This document shows positions 44,217 to 52,260 of a DNA stretch of 64,000 nucleotides, piece after piece (position 1 is the stretch's first letter; every line of letters begins with the position of its first letter). The translations under genes and the position numbers were made by a program. The notes beneath the pieces are model-generated. The model searched no databases. It was not told where the DNA came from and saw nothing but the letters and a program-made list of their open reading frames with translations. Source of the DNA: a virus (taxonomy: Duplodnaviria > Caudoviricetes); IMG/VR virus record IMGVR_UViG_3300037418_002332; one strand, given 5' to 3'.

Positions 44217-44889
44217 TCAGACCATACAACGTGACTTCCCTAGAGTGGAGTTGGAGCAAAAGGTTATAACCGAAGTTTCAACTCCACGCGGAAGATATTA
44301 TGAAACACCTGCCGGTTGTTTCCCATCCGTGACTAATGTTCTTTCATCTAAGGACAATCCTGAGCTGGATGCATGGCGACAAAGGGTTGGTGATGAGGAA
44401 GCTGATCGAATCAGTCGAGAAGCAACCAATCGTGGGTCACGTATGCATGATCTATTCGAATCATATTTGCGGGGGAAGGAGATTTCTTTCCCCCATCCCA
44501 CAATTAAGGAACATTTTCTTCAAGTCAAAAAAGAACTCGACAAAATCGAGTTGATCTACGCAAATGAAATTCCACTCTATAGCAAATATCTGAAGGTCGC
44601 TGGACGTTGCGATTGCATTGGTGTGGTAGACGGTATCATCAAAATCATCGACTTCAAAACATCCAAACACTTCAAGGTTTTTGAGCAGATTGAAAGCTAT
44701 CGTATGCAATGTGCAGCATATGCTTTCATGGCTAACGAAATATATGACTTGAAAATAAATAAGTTTTCAGTTATAATAACGAATCTTTACGAAAACGCAT
44801 CCACGGTTTTTGAGGGTGACGCTCGTGAATCAATCAAAGCTTTTTGGGAATTAAGACAAAAATGGGATATGATTTCAACCAATTCTTGA
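44203..44889 (+). CDS. PD-(D/E)XK exonuclease (phage exonuclease / Cas4-like fold)
   Basis: PSVT.VLS, RG..MH...E.YL, AGRCDCI, IIDFKTS, Q.AAYA. Confidence 0.9.
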   Translation: MRSLNQTIQRDFPRVELEQKVITEVSTPRGRYYETPAGCFPSVTNVLSSKDNPELDAWRQRVGDEEADRISREATNRGSRMHDLFESYLRGKEISFPHPTIKEHFLQVKKELDKIELIYANEIPLYSKYLKVAGRCDCIGVVDGIIKIIDFKTSKHFKVFEQIESYRMQCAAYAFMANEIYDLKINKFSVIITNLYENASTVFEGDARESIKAFWELRQKWDMISTNS

Positions 44890-45152
44890 AAAGATATGTT
44901 TACATCATAGACATAGATAGATACGATGACGAAAAGGACAGAATGTTCTTGAATAAAATCGAAGAAGTGGTAAACAAGTTCTTCGGTGAACCAGTTGTCA
45001 ATCTGATCGTATTACCATCACCACGTGAGGATGTATCTTCGAAAAACATATATGCTGTATATGATAATGAGGAGCATCCTTTTGATGATGGTTTTGTGGC
45101 TGATGTCGTTAAGAAAACGATAAAGGCATTTGGAGTGAAAATAGGAGACTAG
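44886..45152 (+). CDS. hypothetical protein
   Basis: TTG 44886 overlaps the upstream stop. Confidence 0.55.
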   Translation: MKRYVYIIDIDRYDDEKDRMFLNKIEEVVNKFFGEPVVNLIVLPSPREDVSSKNIYAVYDNEEHPFDDGFVADVVKKTIKAFGVKIGD

Positions 45153-45296
45153 ATGAATAACACGCGAATATTCAATGATAAAAATGTGACTAAGCTTGAT
45201 GCATTCTTGGAGTATCTCTTTTCTCACAAGACTGCTTACACGGTACAAGCTAAAAAAGAGAATGGTGAAATGATTTTTGTAATAAGGTATGAGTAA
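45153..45296 (+). CDS. small hypothetical protein (not in ORF track)
   Basis: 47 aa MNNTRIFNDK..., aggag RBS, TAATG coupling to the next gene. Confidence 0.55.
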   Translation: MNNTRIFNDKNVTKLDAFLEYLFSHKTAYTVQAKKENGEMIFVIRYE

Positions 45297-45523
45297 TGGC
45301 AAAAATTTACGATCGGTATTTCATTCAAATCAAGAAAACTTCCAAACCAACTTTGGTCAAGAAGAGGAAAGAGTTTATGGAATTGCTTCTTAAAACTCTC
45401 AGTGACGATGCTGAGGCTCAACTTGATCTATTGAATAAATTTGGGACGAGTGTCGTTGCCAAAACGGCGAATGGCAGCGACGTTAGTGTGATTGTGGACG
45501 GCGAGAGAACTTTTAAGATTTAG
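45296..45523 (+). CDS. hypothetical protein
   Basis: 75 aa; last + strand gene, stop overlaps the gp16 stop. Confidence 0.6.
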   Translation: MAKIYDRYFIQIKKTSKPTLVKKRKEFMELLLKTLSDDAEAQLDLLNKFGTSVVAKTANGSDVSVIVDGERTFKI

Positions 45524-45981
45524 TTCCCTTGGTGCTTCCTAATCCAATCATGTAAATCTGAGGTTGTGCCGGTGAAAATGGCTTTATCAATGTTCACGTT
45601 TCCGGCACCCTCTGATTTGACTTTGGTGTGGTATCTTTTCTTCTCTGAATAAATTTCCAAAAGTTGTTTGTTAGCATTTAACAGCGTTGTTGACATTTGA
45701 GCCAATGCTGAGAAGTGGCTTGCCTTTTCTGAATCTTGAGCAATCAATGAAAGCTTTTGAACACCATCAGCAATTTCAGTTATGAGGTCTTTCAGTGATT
45801 CACGAATTTCCTCAAAATCATCATTGAAACGGTCATCCATTCCTTCATCTGGATTGAAGACCATATCATAATTTTGCTTAACGGTTTGTAAATTCTTTTG
45901 AGCTTGTGTAACAATGTTATTCGTCTTGTTCACTTGCTTTTGTTCTTCTATTTCGAAGATATCATCTAAATGTTTCGCCAT
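45520..45981 (-). CDS. terminase small subunit (gp16-like)
   Basis: LDDIF, DDF...R..L..LI, HF.AL..M, N.F.G.T.DL pattern; follows gp15. Confidence 0.75.
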   Translation of the reverse strand: MAKHLDDIFEIEEQKQVNKTNNIVTQAQKNLQTVKQNYDMVFNPDEGMDDRFNDDFEEIRESLKDLITEIADGVQKLSLIAQDSEKASHFSALAQMSTTLLNANKQLLEIYSEKKRYHTKVKSEGAGNVNIDKAIFTGTTSDLHDWIRKHQGN

Positions 45982-46847
45982 TACTTGTCAGTTCCTGATA
46001 CTGGGTCATATTTCTTTCCATCATCAAACACTTCAATCGTTTCAATCAAAGCATATGGATCATCACGATTAATTTCACTAACTGGAATTGAATCACCCAA
46101 CACTGTGGTTGGTGTCCCATTTGCAGTCAATCCTGGTTGTACTGTAATTCTGGTATCACGACCAAATTTATCAACTTCATCACCAGTCACTGGACCGTTT
46201 CCTGGAACTGAAATCAAGTCAACAATAGCTCTCTTGATAACACCTTGACTTGAAATTGGACCAAAGAAATAAGCTGCCATTCTGAATTGAAGTGTCCAAT
46301 TGATAAATCTTGGTTCTTCAACACCACCTTGATATTCATCATTTTTGTCGATATTGGTCAATTCAACCATGGAGTCAAATCTCAAATCCATTTCTGGGAT
46401 AACAATAACCGTTGGTGTGAATGAAGGTCTGAAAAATGGAATGATTTGTCCAATTATTTGATGGGCATCATCAGTTGTCTTTGTGTAAATTTGAAGTGTA
46501 AAATCAAAGTTGTAAGGAATTTCAGCATATTGAACTTTCATCACATTTGAATTCAACACTTTGACGTTTTTTTGAATTGGATTGACTGCGCGTTCCCGAG
46601 CAAACTCAATGTTGGTCAATTCATAAGCCATTCTTGGGAGTTGAGTTTGGACTTTGGTGGTGATCGGATTCTTTTCATCCAAAGCAACAAACTTGGATGC
46701 ACCTGCGATTTGACAAGGCACTGGAATAACTTGAAGTTTTGTGCCTGTTGCATCCACTCTATGGATGTATATGTCATTGAACATATTACCAAAGACTGTT
46801 GAATATTTTCGAATTATGTCGTTGTTGAAGAACTCAACTCCAAGCAT
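45981..46847 (-). CDS. tail completion/terminator protein (gp15)
   Basis: FFN..IRK...VFG.MFN.I, LPRMAYE, EIPYNFDF.L.IY, QI..QI.PFF.P, W.L.F...YFFGP. Confidence 0.92.
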   Translation of the reverse strand: MLGVEFFNNDIIRKYSTVFGNMFNDIYIHRVDATGTKLQVIPVPCQIAGASKFVALDEKNPITTKVQTQLPRMAYELTNIEFARERAVNPIQKNVKVLNSNVMKVQYAEIPYNFDFTLQIYTKTTDDAHQIIGQIIPFFRPSFTPTVIVIPEMDLRFDSMVELTNIDKNDEYQGGVEEPRFINWTLQFRMAAYFFGPISSQGVIKRAIVDLISVPGNGPVTGDEVDKFGRDTRITVQPGLTANGTPTTVLGDSIPVSEINRDDPYALIETIEVFDDGKKYDPVSGTDK

Positions 46848-47692
46848 TACCACTTCCCTCTATTGATAAATGGTGATTGATCAGAATAATCAATGAGCAC
46901 TTCACCATTCTTTTGCAACAATTCATTATCAGCTTGACTATCTTTGTCTTCAATCACGTTGTTTTCTTCAACCAACACATCATTGCCTGATTGATCTTCA
47001 ATTGGGTCTCCATCTTCATCATCAAGAGCCTTTGGAAGTTGATCAGTGCTTAACAAAGTATTAAATGCATCAATTGCATCATCACCAGTATCAAATTCTT
47101 CGTTGTTGTAACGGAACAACTCGCACTTCAAATCATATGTAAGTAGAGTGCCAAGCGGATGGAACAAGTTTTCATGTTCTACGAATAGAATTTCAAAAAT
47201 TTTATCAACCATAGGCATGTAAATCAAGTCGCCAGCCTTCGGAAATGATGCTTCAACTGAATAATCACCACCAGGACCGTTTTCTTCAGTCAGCGTTACA
47301 GTTTCATAAGGTGTCCAATCAGGTGATTCAGCAGGTTCAATTGGATTACCATATTCATCCAACACTTTTTCTTCATTTGATTCACGCCAACGACGTCTTG
47401 AAACTGTGAAAGTAATTTGATCACGTTGTTCTTCACCAAACATGGTCATGATTTCATTCTGACCTTCATAGTTATCATATGATTTGACGTAAACTTCAAT
47501 TTCAAACGCATAATTGAATTTGGCAAATGTATCATCACCAAAAAGTGGATCACGTTCGAACTGTTCTCTTGGTATATAACGAATGAACATGCCATTCATT
47601 CTGATTGCTTGAATGATCAAATCCTCAATCAACTTTTGTCGAGGCTTGAAAAAGTAGTTGTTAACGAACGGATTTGGTGATTTTTCAACCAT
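46847..47692 (-). CDS. neck protein (gp14)
   Basis: EDLIIQAI.M.G..I.YIPRE, D.LFG.D, FGEE.RD, P.AGDLIY.P, FEI.FVEHE. Confidence 0.92.
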   Translation of the reverse strand: MVEKSPNPFVNNYFFKPRQKLIEDLIIQAIRMNGMFIRYIPREQFERDPLFGDDTFAKFNYAFEIEVYVKSYDNYEGQNEIMTMFGEEQRDQITFTVSRRRWRESNEEKVLDEYGNPIEPAESPDWTPYETVTLTEENGPGGDYSVEASFPKAGDLIYMPMVDKIFEILFVEHENLFHPLGTLLTYDLKCELFRYNNEEFDTGDDAIDAFNTLLSTDQLPKALDDEDGDPIEDQSGNDVLVEENNVIEDKDSQADNELLQKNGEVLIDYSDQSPFINRGKW

Positions 47693-48444
47693 TAAGCGAT
47701 TTCATCCAATACTGGGAAGTTGCCTGTTGAGATGAGCTTTTCTTCAAGCTTATCAATTTCATCAATAGCTTCTGAATACATCGTTTGAGCATCTAAAGTG
47801 ACACCATTCAACAATGGAATGTTTGAATACAACTTCAGATTTTCTGCCCACTGACGTTTCATCAACGCAGTTGCATATCTCTTCAACCAACGATCTTGCC
47901 AGATAGAAGCATATTGATTAGGGTCAAGGAAAGCTTCAGTTTCAAAGATGATTTTATTACCTAGAACCATGATCTGTTGACCAGCTGCACCGTAAATTTC
48001 AACAGTGTTGGTAATCTTGCTGAAACGAATTGACGGAGTAGTGTTGAATAGGAAATTGATATCCGCCAATCTTGTCATAGCCACGTAATATGGAATGAGT
48101 GTGTAAGAAACATTATGATTCATGTTGTAAAATTCATCGCGGAGATACTGATAACGATCAGACATCCAACTAGAGTCAAAGTAACCAACAGGTGGCAGAA
48201 TGTTGGATACAGTCATGATAGTTTCCGGCAAATGGATTTTACCAGTGTCGATGTCTTCTTGAGTTATGGTATGAATATAGAGTGACTTTTCTGAACCGAG
48301 ATAGTGATAATCTCGATAAAAAGCTAATGCATCGTCTATTCTATCCATTGCTTGTTCATTCTCAACGTTGACTTGGATTACAGGCCATCCTAGACGACGG
48401 AAAATGTATGCTTTGAATTCTGCTTTTGATCTTGGTTCTGCCAT
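47692..48444 (-). CDS. neck protein (gp13)
   Basis: PRSK.EFK.YI.RRLG.PVI.VNV, DRWLKRYATALMKRQW..NL, GVTLD. Confidence 0.93.
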   Translation of the reverse strand: MAEPRSKAEFKAYIFRRLGWPVIQVNVENEQAMDRIDDALAFYRDYHYLGSEKSLYIHTITQEDIDTGKIHLPETIMTVSNILPPVGYFDSSWMSDRYQYLRDEFYNMNHNVSYTLIPYYVAMTRLADINFLFNTTPSIRFSKITNTVEIYGAAGQQIMVLGNKIIFETEAFLDPNQYASIWQDRWLKRYATALMKRQWAENLKLYSNIPLLNGVTLDAQTMYSEAIDEIDKLEEKLISTGNFPVLDEIA

Positions 48445-48522
48445 GGAATTTCCTCTGGTTTATTCATATTTATTCCCTAAAGAAAAACAATCTTCCTTTA
48501 AAAATTTAGCTTTGGATAACTC

Positions 48523-48551
48523 TTGACTTCAAGCGTAGTTAAGCGCAAGCT
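48523..48551 (+). promoter_or_regulatory. host-type sigma70 promoter candidate
   Basis: (C)TTGACT-N17-CAAGCT upstream of the 49-aa ORF. Confidence 0.45.
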
Positions 48552-48586
48552 AATAATGCGAGGGGATTTAGAGGGAGTACCTGAAA

Positions 48587-48736
48587 ATGAAAGCAATATG
48601 CGCTCTGTGCGTAGCCATTTTCATGGCTGCGATTCAACCTCAAGCATCTCGAGCATGCACTGATCAATCCATGTGTGATGGGTTTCTTGGCGGCGGAAAT
48701 AACCAAAACCATAATTCTGCTGGCAATCACAATTAG
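48587..48736 (+). CDS. 49-aa putative secreted peptide (not in ORF track)
   Basis: gagggag RBS; MKAICALCVAIFMAAIQPQASRA signal-like segment followed by CTDQSMCDGFLGGGNNQNHNSAGNHN. Confidence 0.6.
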   Translation: MKAICALCVAIFMAAIQPQASRACTDQSMCDGFLGGGNNQNHNSAGNHN

Positions 48737-48783
48737 TTGAAGATTTGCTTCAAAGGTGAGAGCGGGTTGGGGATCTTTGGAGC

Positions 48784-48830
48784 AAAAAGGTGGTGGCCCA
48801 GGTGTGACCGCGTCGGGCCACCACTTTCTA
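48784..48830. terminator. GC-rich hairpin, probably a bidirectional terminator
   Basis: GTGGTGGCCC / GGGCCACCAC 10-bp stem flanked by AAAAA and TTT. Confidence 0.7.
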
Positions 48831-48841
48831 GAAGAAACCTC

Positions 48842-48870
48842 TTGACTTTATCTAAAATTTTAGGCATAGT
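48842..48870 (+). promoter_or_regulatory. host-type sigma70 promoter
   Basis: (C)TTGACT-N17-CATAGT, placing +1 near 48877. Confidence 0.7.
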
Positions 48871-48876
48871 GGTGTT

Positions 48877-48993
48877 GTTCTGGAGCTTGCCTAGCCTCTC
48901 CCTTCTGTTCCATGGGATGGGTGAGTTCTGGAAACCCACCGCGAGTCCGCCACTCCCCCCTTCGGTTAGGATCGCGGTGGGTTCTTCATTTTT
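48877..48993 (+). ncRNA. candidate small regulatory RNA with two CU-rich-loop hairpins
   Basis: 15-bp stem (6 G-U pairs) 48878-48933 with CCUCUCCCUUCU loop; 12-bp perfect stem 48933-48983 with CCACUCCCCCC loop; U-run 48989-48993; promoter upstream; no RBS-led ORF. Confidence 0.65.
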
Positions 48994-49594
48994 ATGAAGG
49001 CCAATAAGAATTGTTGGTGTAGTCCGTTGGAATTGGACTGGTGGATTTAATTGCTCTCGCGGCAAAAATGCACTTTGTTTCCCATGATGCGGCTGCTTGA
49101 CCGAAAGCAAAGCACGTTGGAGCATCCATCAAATTCAGGCTGTTATCATCAGCGATCCAAACGAAATCTGATGTACCTCCATGCCAACGATAGTTTCCTG
49201 CTGCGGCTCCAGCAGCCATTGCGAACCCTGCTAGAGTCGCTGCTCCGATGATACGAGCCTTGGACTCGTTGTCCATCGCGTAGCTTTTACCGTTGAAAGT
49301 GAACCCTGTTGCGATTCGGCGATCGCGCTCAGCATTCACTTCAGTTGACGTTACAACTTGAGCAACAGTTGACCAAACATATTTTGGAATACCATTGGTA
49401 ACAACAACCGAAACTGATGTTGGAATACGACCAGCTGGAATTGGATCGGCAGAAACAATTTCTTTCAATGTATGCGTAGCGTTTTCCCAACCAGCATATG
49501 CTGGGGATGTTTGATCATTACCAATCGTAAATGATCCACCAGGAAGGACTTCCTTCACGAAACTTGCGTCTGACTTCTTAATAAGTGCTAGCAT
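48992..49594 (-). CDS. tail-fibre-associated protein (DUF4376-like C-terminus)
   Basis: VNAERDRRIATGFTF.G..Y..D..S..RI.GA, WIADDNS...MDA. Confidence 0.7.
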   Translation of the reverse strand: MLALIKKSDASFVKEVLPGGSFTIGNDQTSPAYAGWENATHTLKEIVSADPIPAGRIPTSVSVVVTNGIPKYVWSTVAQVVTSTEVNAERDRRIATGFTFNGKSYAMDNESKARIIGAATLAGFAMAAGAAAGNYRWHGGTSDFVWIADDNSLNLMDAPTCFAFGQAAASWETKCIFAARAIKSTSPIPTDYTNNSYWPS

Positions 49595-50228
49595 TTTTTA
49601 TCCTGTTGTAAAGTTCAATGTCTTGTTCATAGTATTTATTGACAGCATTTCGTGTATCTTCATTGTAAAACCTATCAACAAATTCCTTTGTATCATGACC
49701 ATTAATGGACTTGTTTTGCCATTTCAATGGTTCCTTAACTTCAACTCCATATGTTTCAACAAATTGATTAATATGTTTTTGGATGTTATCAAATAGCCAC
49801 CAAGTTCCAACTTGTTTACCTTGATATTCCAAAAATGTATGCTGTTCTTGATTTTGCCAAAGTGTGTCTGGATAATATCCACTCATGACACTTTCTCTGA
49901 AATGCTGAACACTCGGATTTGAAATCAAACCTTGTTTTGCTCTATACAAATACAAGCTCAATACACGTTCAAATGGTTCTCTGATAACTCCAACGATAGT
50001 TTCATTCAAATCAATTAATCCATGTTCAACTGCATATTCAACATCCATATGGGAATGTGGTGCATGAACACCCATACCTTGAGACCAATGATCAGTTGGA
50101 GTGTTGTAATATGCAGTGTAACGATCTTCAGGACCAACTACATTATCAATAAAAAACCGTCTAATTGATGTAGAAGCATTCTTCGGAACGTTGATGAAAT
50201 TGAATTTATACTTTCGTATGCTTATCAT
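49578..50228 (-). CDS. sulfotransferase family 2-like protein
   Basis: PAPS-binding-type FINVPKNASTSI and IREPFERVLSLY; Y..D.ELY C-terminus. Confidence 0.82.
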   Translation of the reverse strand: MISIRKYKFNFINVPKNASTSIRRFFIDNVVGPEDRYTAYYNTPTDHWSQGMGVHAPHSHMDVEYAVEHGLIDLNETIVGVIREPFERVLSLYLYRAKQGLISNPSVQHFRESVMSGYYPDTLWQNQEQHTFLEYQGKQVGTWWLFDNIQKHINQFVETYGVEVKEPLKWQNKSINGHDTKEFVDRFYNEDTRNAVNKYYEQDIELYNRIKNASTY

Positions 50229-50788
50229 CGCATTAGGAATGTGTTAAGGGTTAATCGGATGGAGTCGGTTGATCGATATGAATGCCAGGTAACTCCAGAT
50301 TTACCAGCAAATACCATAGTTCTATTTGGTTTCCATAAAATTTGTTTCACGAAGTTTTTCTTTTGATCATAAAGCATTGTACCTTGACCTGAACTTGGAT
50401 ACAAATAAGTCACTGATGATAGAACTTTATCTTCAGATTCATCATGGACTGGGTGTTCAGCTGAAGTTAAACAAAGTATGCATTCTCCATACAATCTCAA
50501 ATTTGTATAATCACGATGATCTGGAAACAATTCAAGCAATTCATTAACATTTTTGCTTTGAAGTAATTTTTGAGTTATCGGAAATTTAGCATTAGTATAG
50601 AGATTGTTTTTGGATATGAAAATATTGTTGCCCGATTTGACAACAAATTCATTTTTATCACTTGTTAATAAGCTGAACATTTCCCTTGTTGCATTTTTGA
50701 GCAACTGTTCGTCATAATGATCGTCTATTACAACATGAGGCCATGGATCATTTGAAATTGATAATGCGTTGTTCAATTCGTTCCTCAA
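50225..50788 (-). CDS. 2OG-Fe(II) oxygenase
   Basis: HPVHDE...KVLS.V.YL, WKPNR..VF, TWHSY, R.TLN (HxD...H...R). Confidence 0.82.
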   Translation of the reverse strand: MRNELNNALSISNDPWPHVVIDDHYDEQLLKNATREMFSLLTSDKNEFVVKSGNNIFISKNNLYTNAKFPITQKLLQSKNVNELLELFPDHRDYTNLRLYGECILCLTSAEHPVHDESEDKVLSSVTYLYPSSGQGTMLYDQKKNFVKQILWKPNRTMVFAGKSGVTWHSYRSTDSIRLTLNTFLMR

Positions 50789-51533
50789 AGTTTGAATATG
50801 TTACATCAATGCACAGTTCATGTGCATACCATGAAAGGAAACGCTTCAAATCAGTTTGATCAACAGGTTGAACATCTTCCAATTCATATGCAGTATTTAT
50901 CATGGGTAAAATTTCAGAAAATGCAGTGGTGTCATAACTTGCAACTGGTTTTCCACGAATCATCGCATTAACACTGACTGATGACCATGAACTAAACACT
51001 CTTTCTGCATTGTCAAGTAAATGATCCAAATTGCAATTGGCATCAGCAAATATAGCATATTTGCTTTCAGGAATTGTAATTTGTGTAAGTGGATGTTGTT
51101 TGAAAATTGTATATACTTTACGATCGTTTGCATAGTTTATAGCATCCATCAGATGATCATATTCAGCACCGATGCTATCCTGCATCAAAAACAAGTTGTA
51201 TTGATCGGGTAATTGGATTTTGTTTGATGCGGGGATATATTTTGAACCAAAATGGTCAGTGATATTTGGATCAATATCACTGGTTTTCCATTGATTGAGA
51301 AAAGGATTCACTCTATCAAGATATTGATGATTTGGTGCGAATACAAAAAAGTTGATATTTGGTGAACCAAATCTCCAAGTCAATGTGTGATCAAAATTGG
51401 CATGATCATAAAGTTCAGAAAAAATACAATTTGATAGATTGTGCTTTTCAAGAATACGATCAACAGCTGAAGCTACTTTGAATACAATTGGAAATATGTA
51501 ATGAGTTTGGTGTAAATTACGAACACCATGCAT
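50748..51533 (-). CDS. KpsS/KpsC-like capsule-polysaccharide (GT107-like) transferase
   Basis: LFLMQD, FKQHP, SSVSVNAMIRGKPV..Y; start moved to ATG 51533. Confidence 0.65.
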   Translation of the reverse strand: MHGVRNLHQTHYIFPIVFKVASAVDRILEKHNLSNCIFSELYDHANFDHTLTWRFGSPNINFFVFAPNHQYLDRVNPFLNQWKTSDIDPNITDHFGSKYIPASNKIQLPDQYNLFLMQDSIGAEYDHLMDAINYANDRKVYTIFKQHPLTQITIPESKYAIFADANCNLDHLLDNAERVFSSWSSVSVNAMIRGKPVASYDTTAFSEILPMINTAYELEDVQPVDQTDLKRFLSWYAHELCIDVTYSNFEERIEQRIINFK

Positions 51534-51549
51534 CCACTTTAATACAAGA

Positions 51550-52260
51550 TTAAGATTTGATTGCCTTTGGTTTGATGTCAAACATGTATTCATTATCTTC
51601 ACCAACCTTTTCAGCTACCAATTTTGCCCTTGGTTCTTTAATCTTTTTCTTACGAACATAAACAACAGGACATTTATCATTCAATGCATTTTGGATGGTT
51701 TGTTTGAACCATCCTTCTGAGTCAGGTCTACAAATCAAACAAACCATTGAATCATCAAATTTAAATCCAAGGGCATTTGTCAATGTTACTGGATATTCTG
51801 CAGTTTCATACTTTACAACATCAATGCATGTCACTTCGAAACCTTCATCAGCAAGTATTTTGCCAACATGACCGGTGCCTGCTCCACAATCTATTATGTG
51901 TTTACCTGAATACAATTCTTTCATCTTATCAATGAATATTTGTTTCGGTTTGAAATATATTTCATTTGGAAGGAAATTAGGAACTGCTTCAAGTATTTCA
52001 GCAAATTGCTCATCAGTCAAAGTTCGTTCATTGTATGAAGCAACAATTTCACTTTCATGTGCTTTTTTATAAGCTGCTATGACTTCATCTGTCCAAACTG
52101 TTTTGTGTGCTTCATTGACAGCATCTCTAACTTCAGGAATCAAAAAATCATCTGCAGACATTCTGATCCATTTGTTATCAACAATTTGAGCTGGTGGAAT
52201 TTCGAAAGTGACACCAGGAATTTCAAGATGGAGAATCTTGAATGGACCTACATAGTTCAC
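51550..52260 (-). CDS. class I SAM-dependent methyltransferase with N-terminal tail-associated domain
   Basis: IIDCGAGTGHVG, VTCIDV; N-terminus ...EVRDAVNEAHKTVWTDEVIAAYK. Confidence 0.7.
   Translation of the reverse strand: MNYVGPFKILHLEIPGVTFEIPPAQIVDNKWIRMSADDFLIPEVRDAVNEAHKTVWTDEVIAAYKKAHESEIVASYNERTLTDEQFAEILEAVPNFLPNEIYFKPKQIFIDKMKELYSGKHIIDCGAGTGHVGKILADEGFEVTCIDVVKYETAEYPVTLTNALGFKFDDSMVCLICRPDSEGWFKQTIQNALNDKCPVVYVRKKKIKEPRAKLVAEKVGEDNEYMFDIKPKAIKS

Noticed and set aside
44203-44889. Cas4-like nuclease as a sign of a CRISPR system
   Set aside because: No repeat-spacer array or other cas genes in the window; this PD-(D/E)XK exonuclease type is a common neighbour of phoH in T4-like phages.
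48733-49125. Track ORFs 48733-49125 (-) and 48737-48997 (+) across the structured island
   Set aside because: No RBS, no recognisable motifs, and they run through strong hairpins; the promoter, sRNA and terminator reading explains the sequence better.
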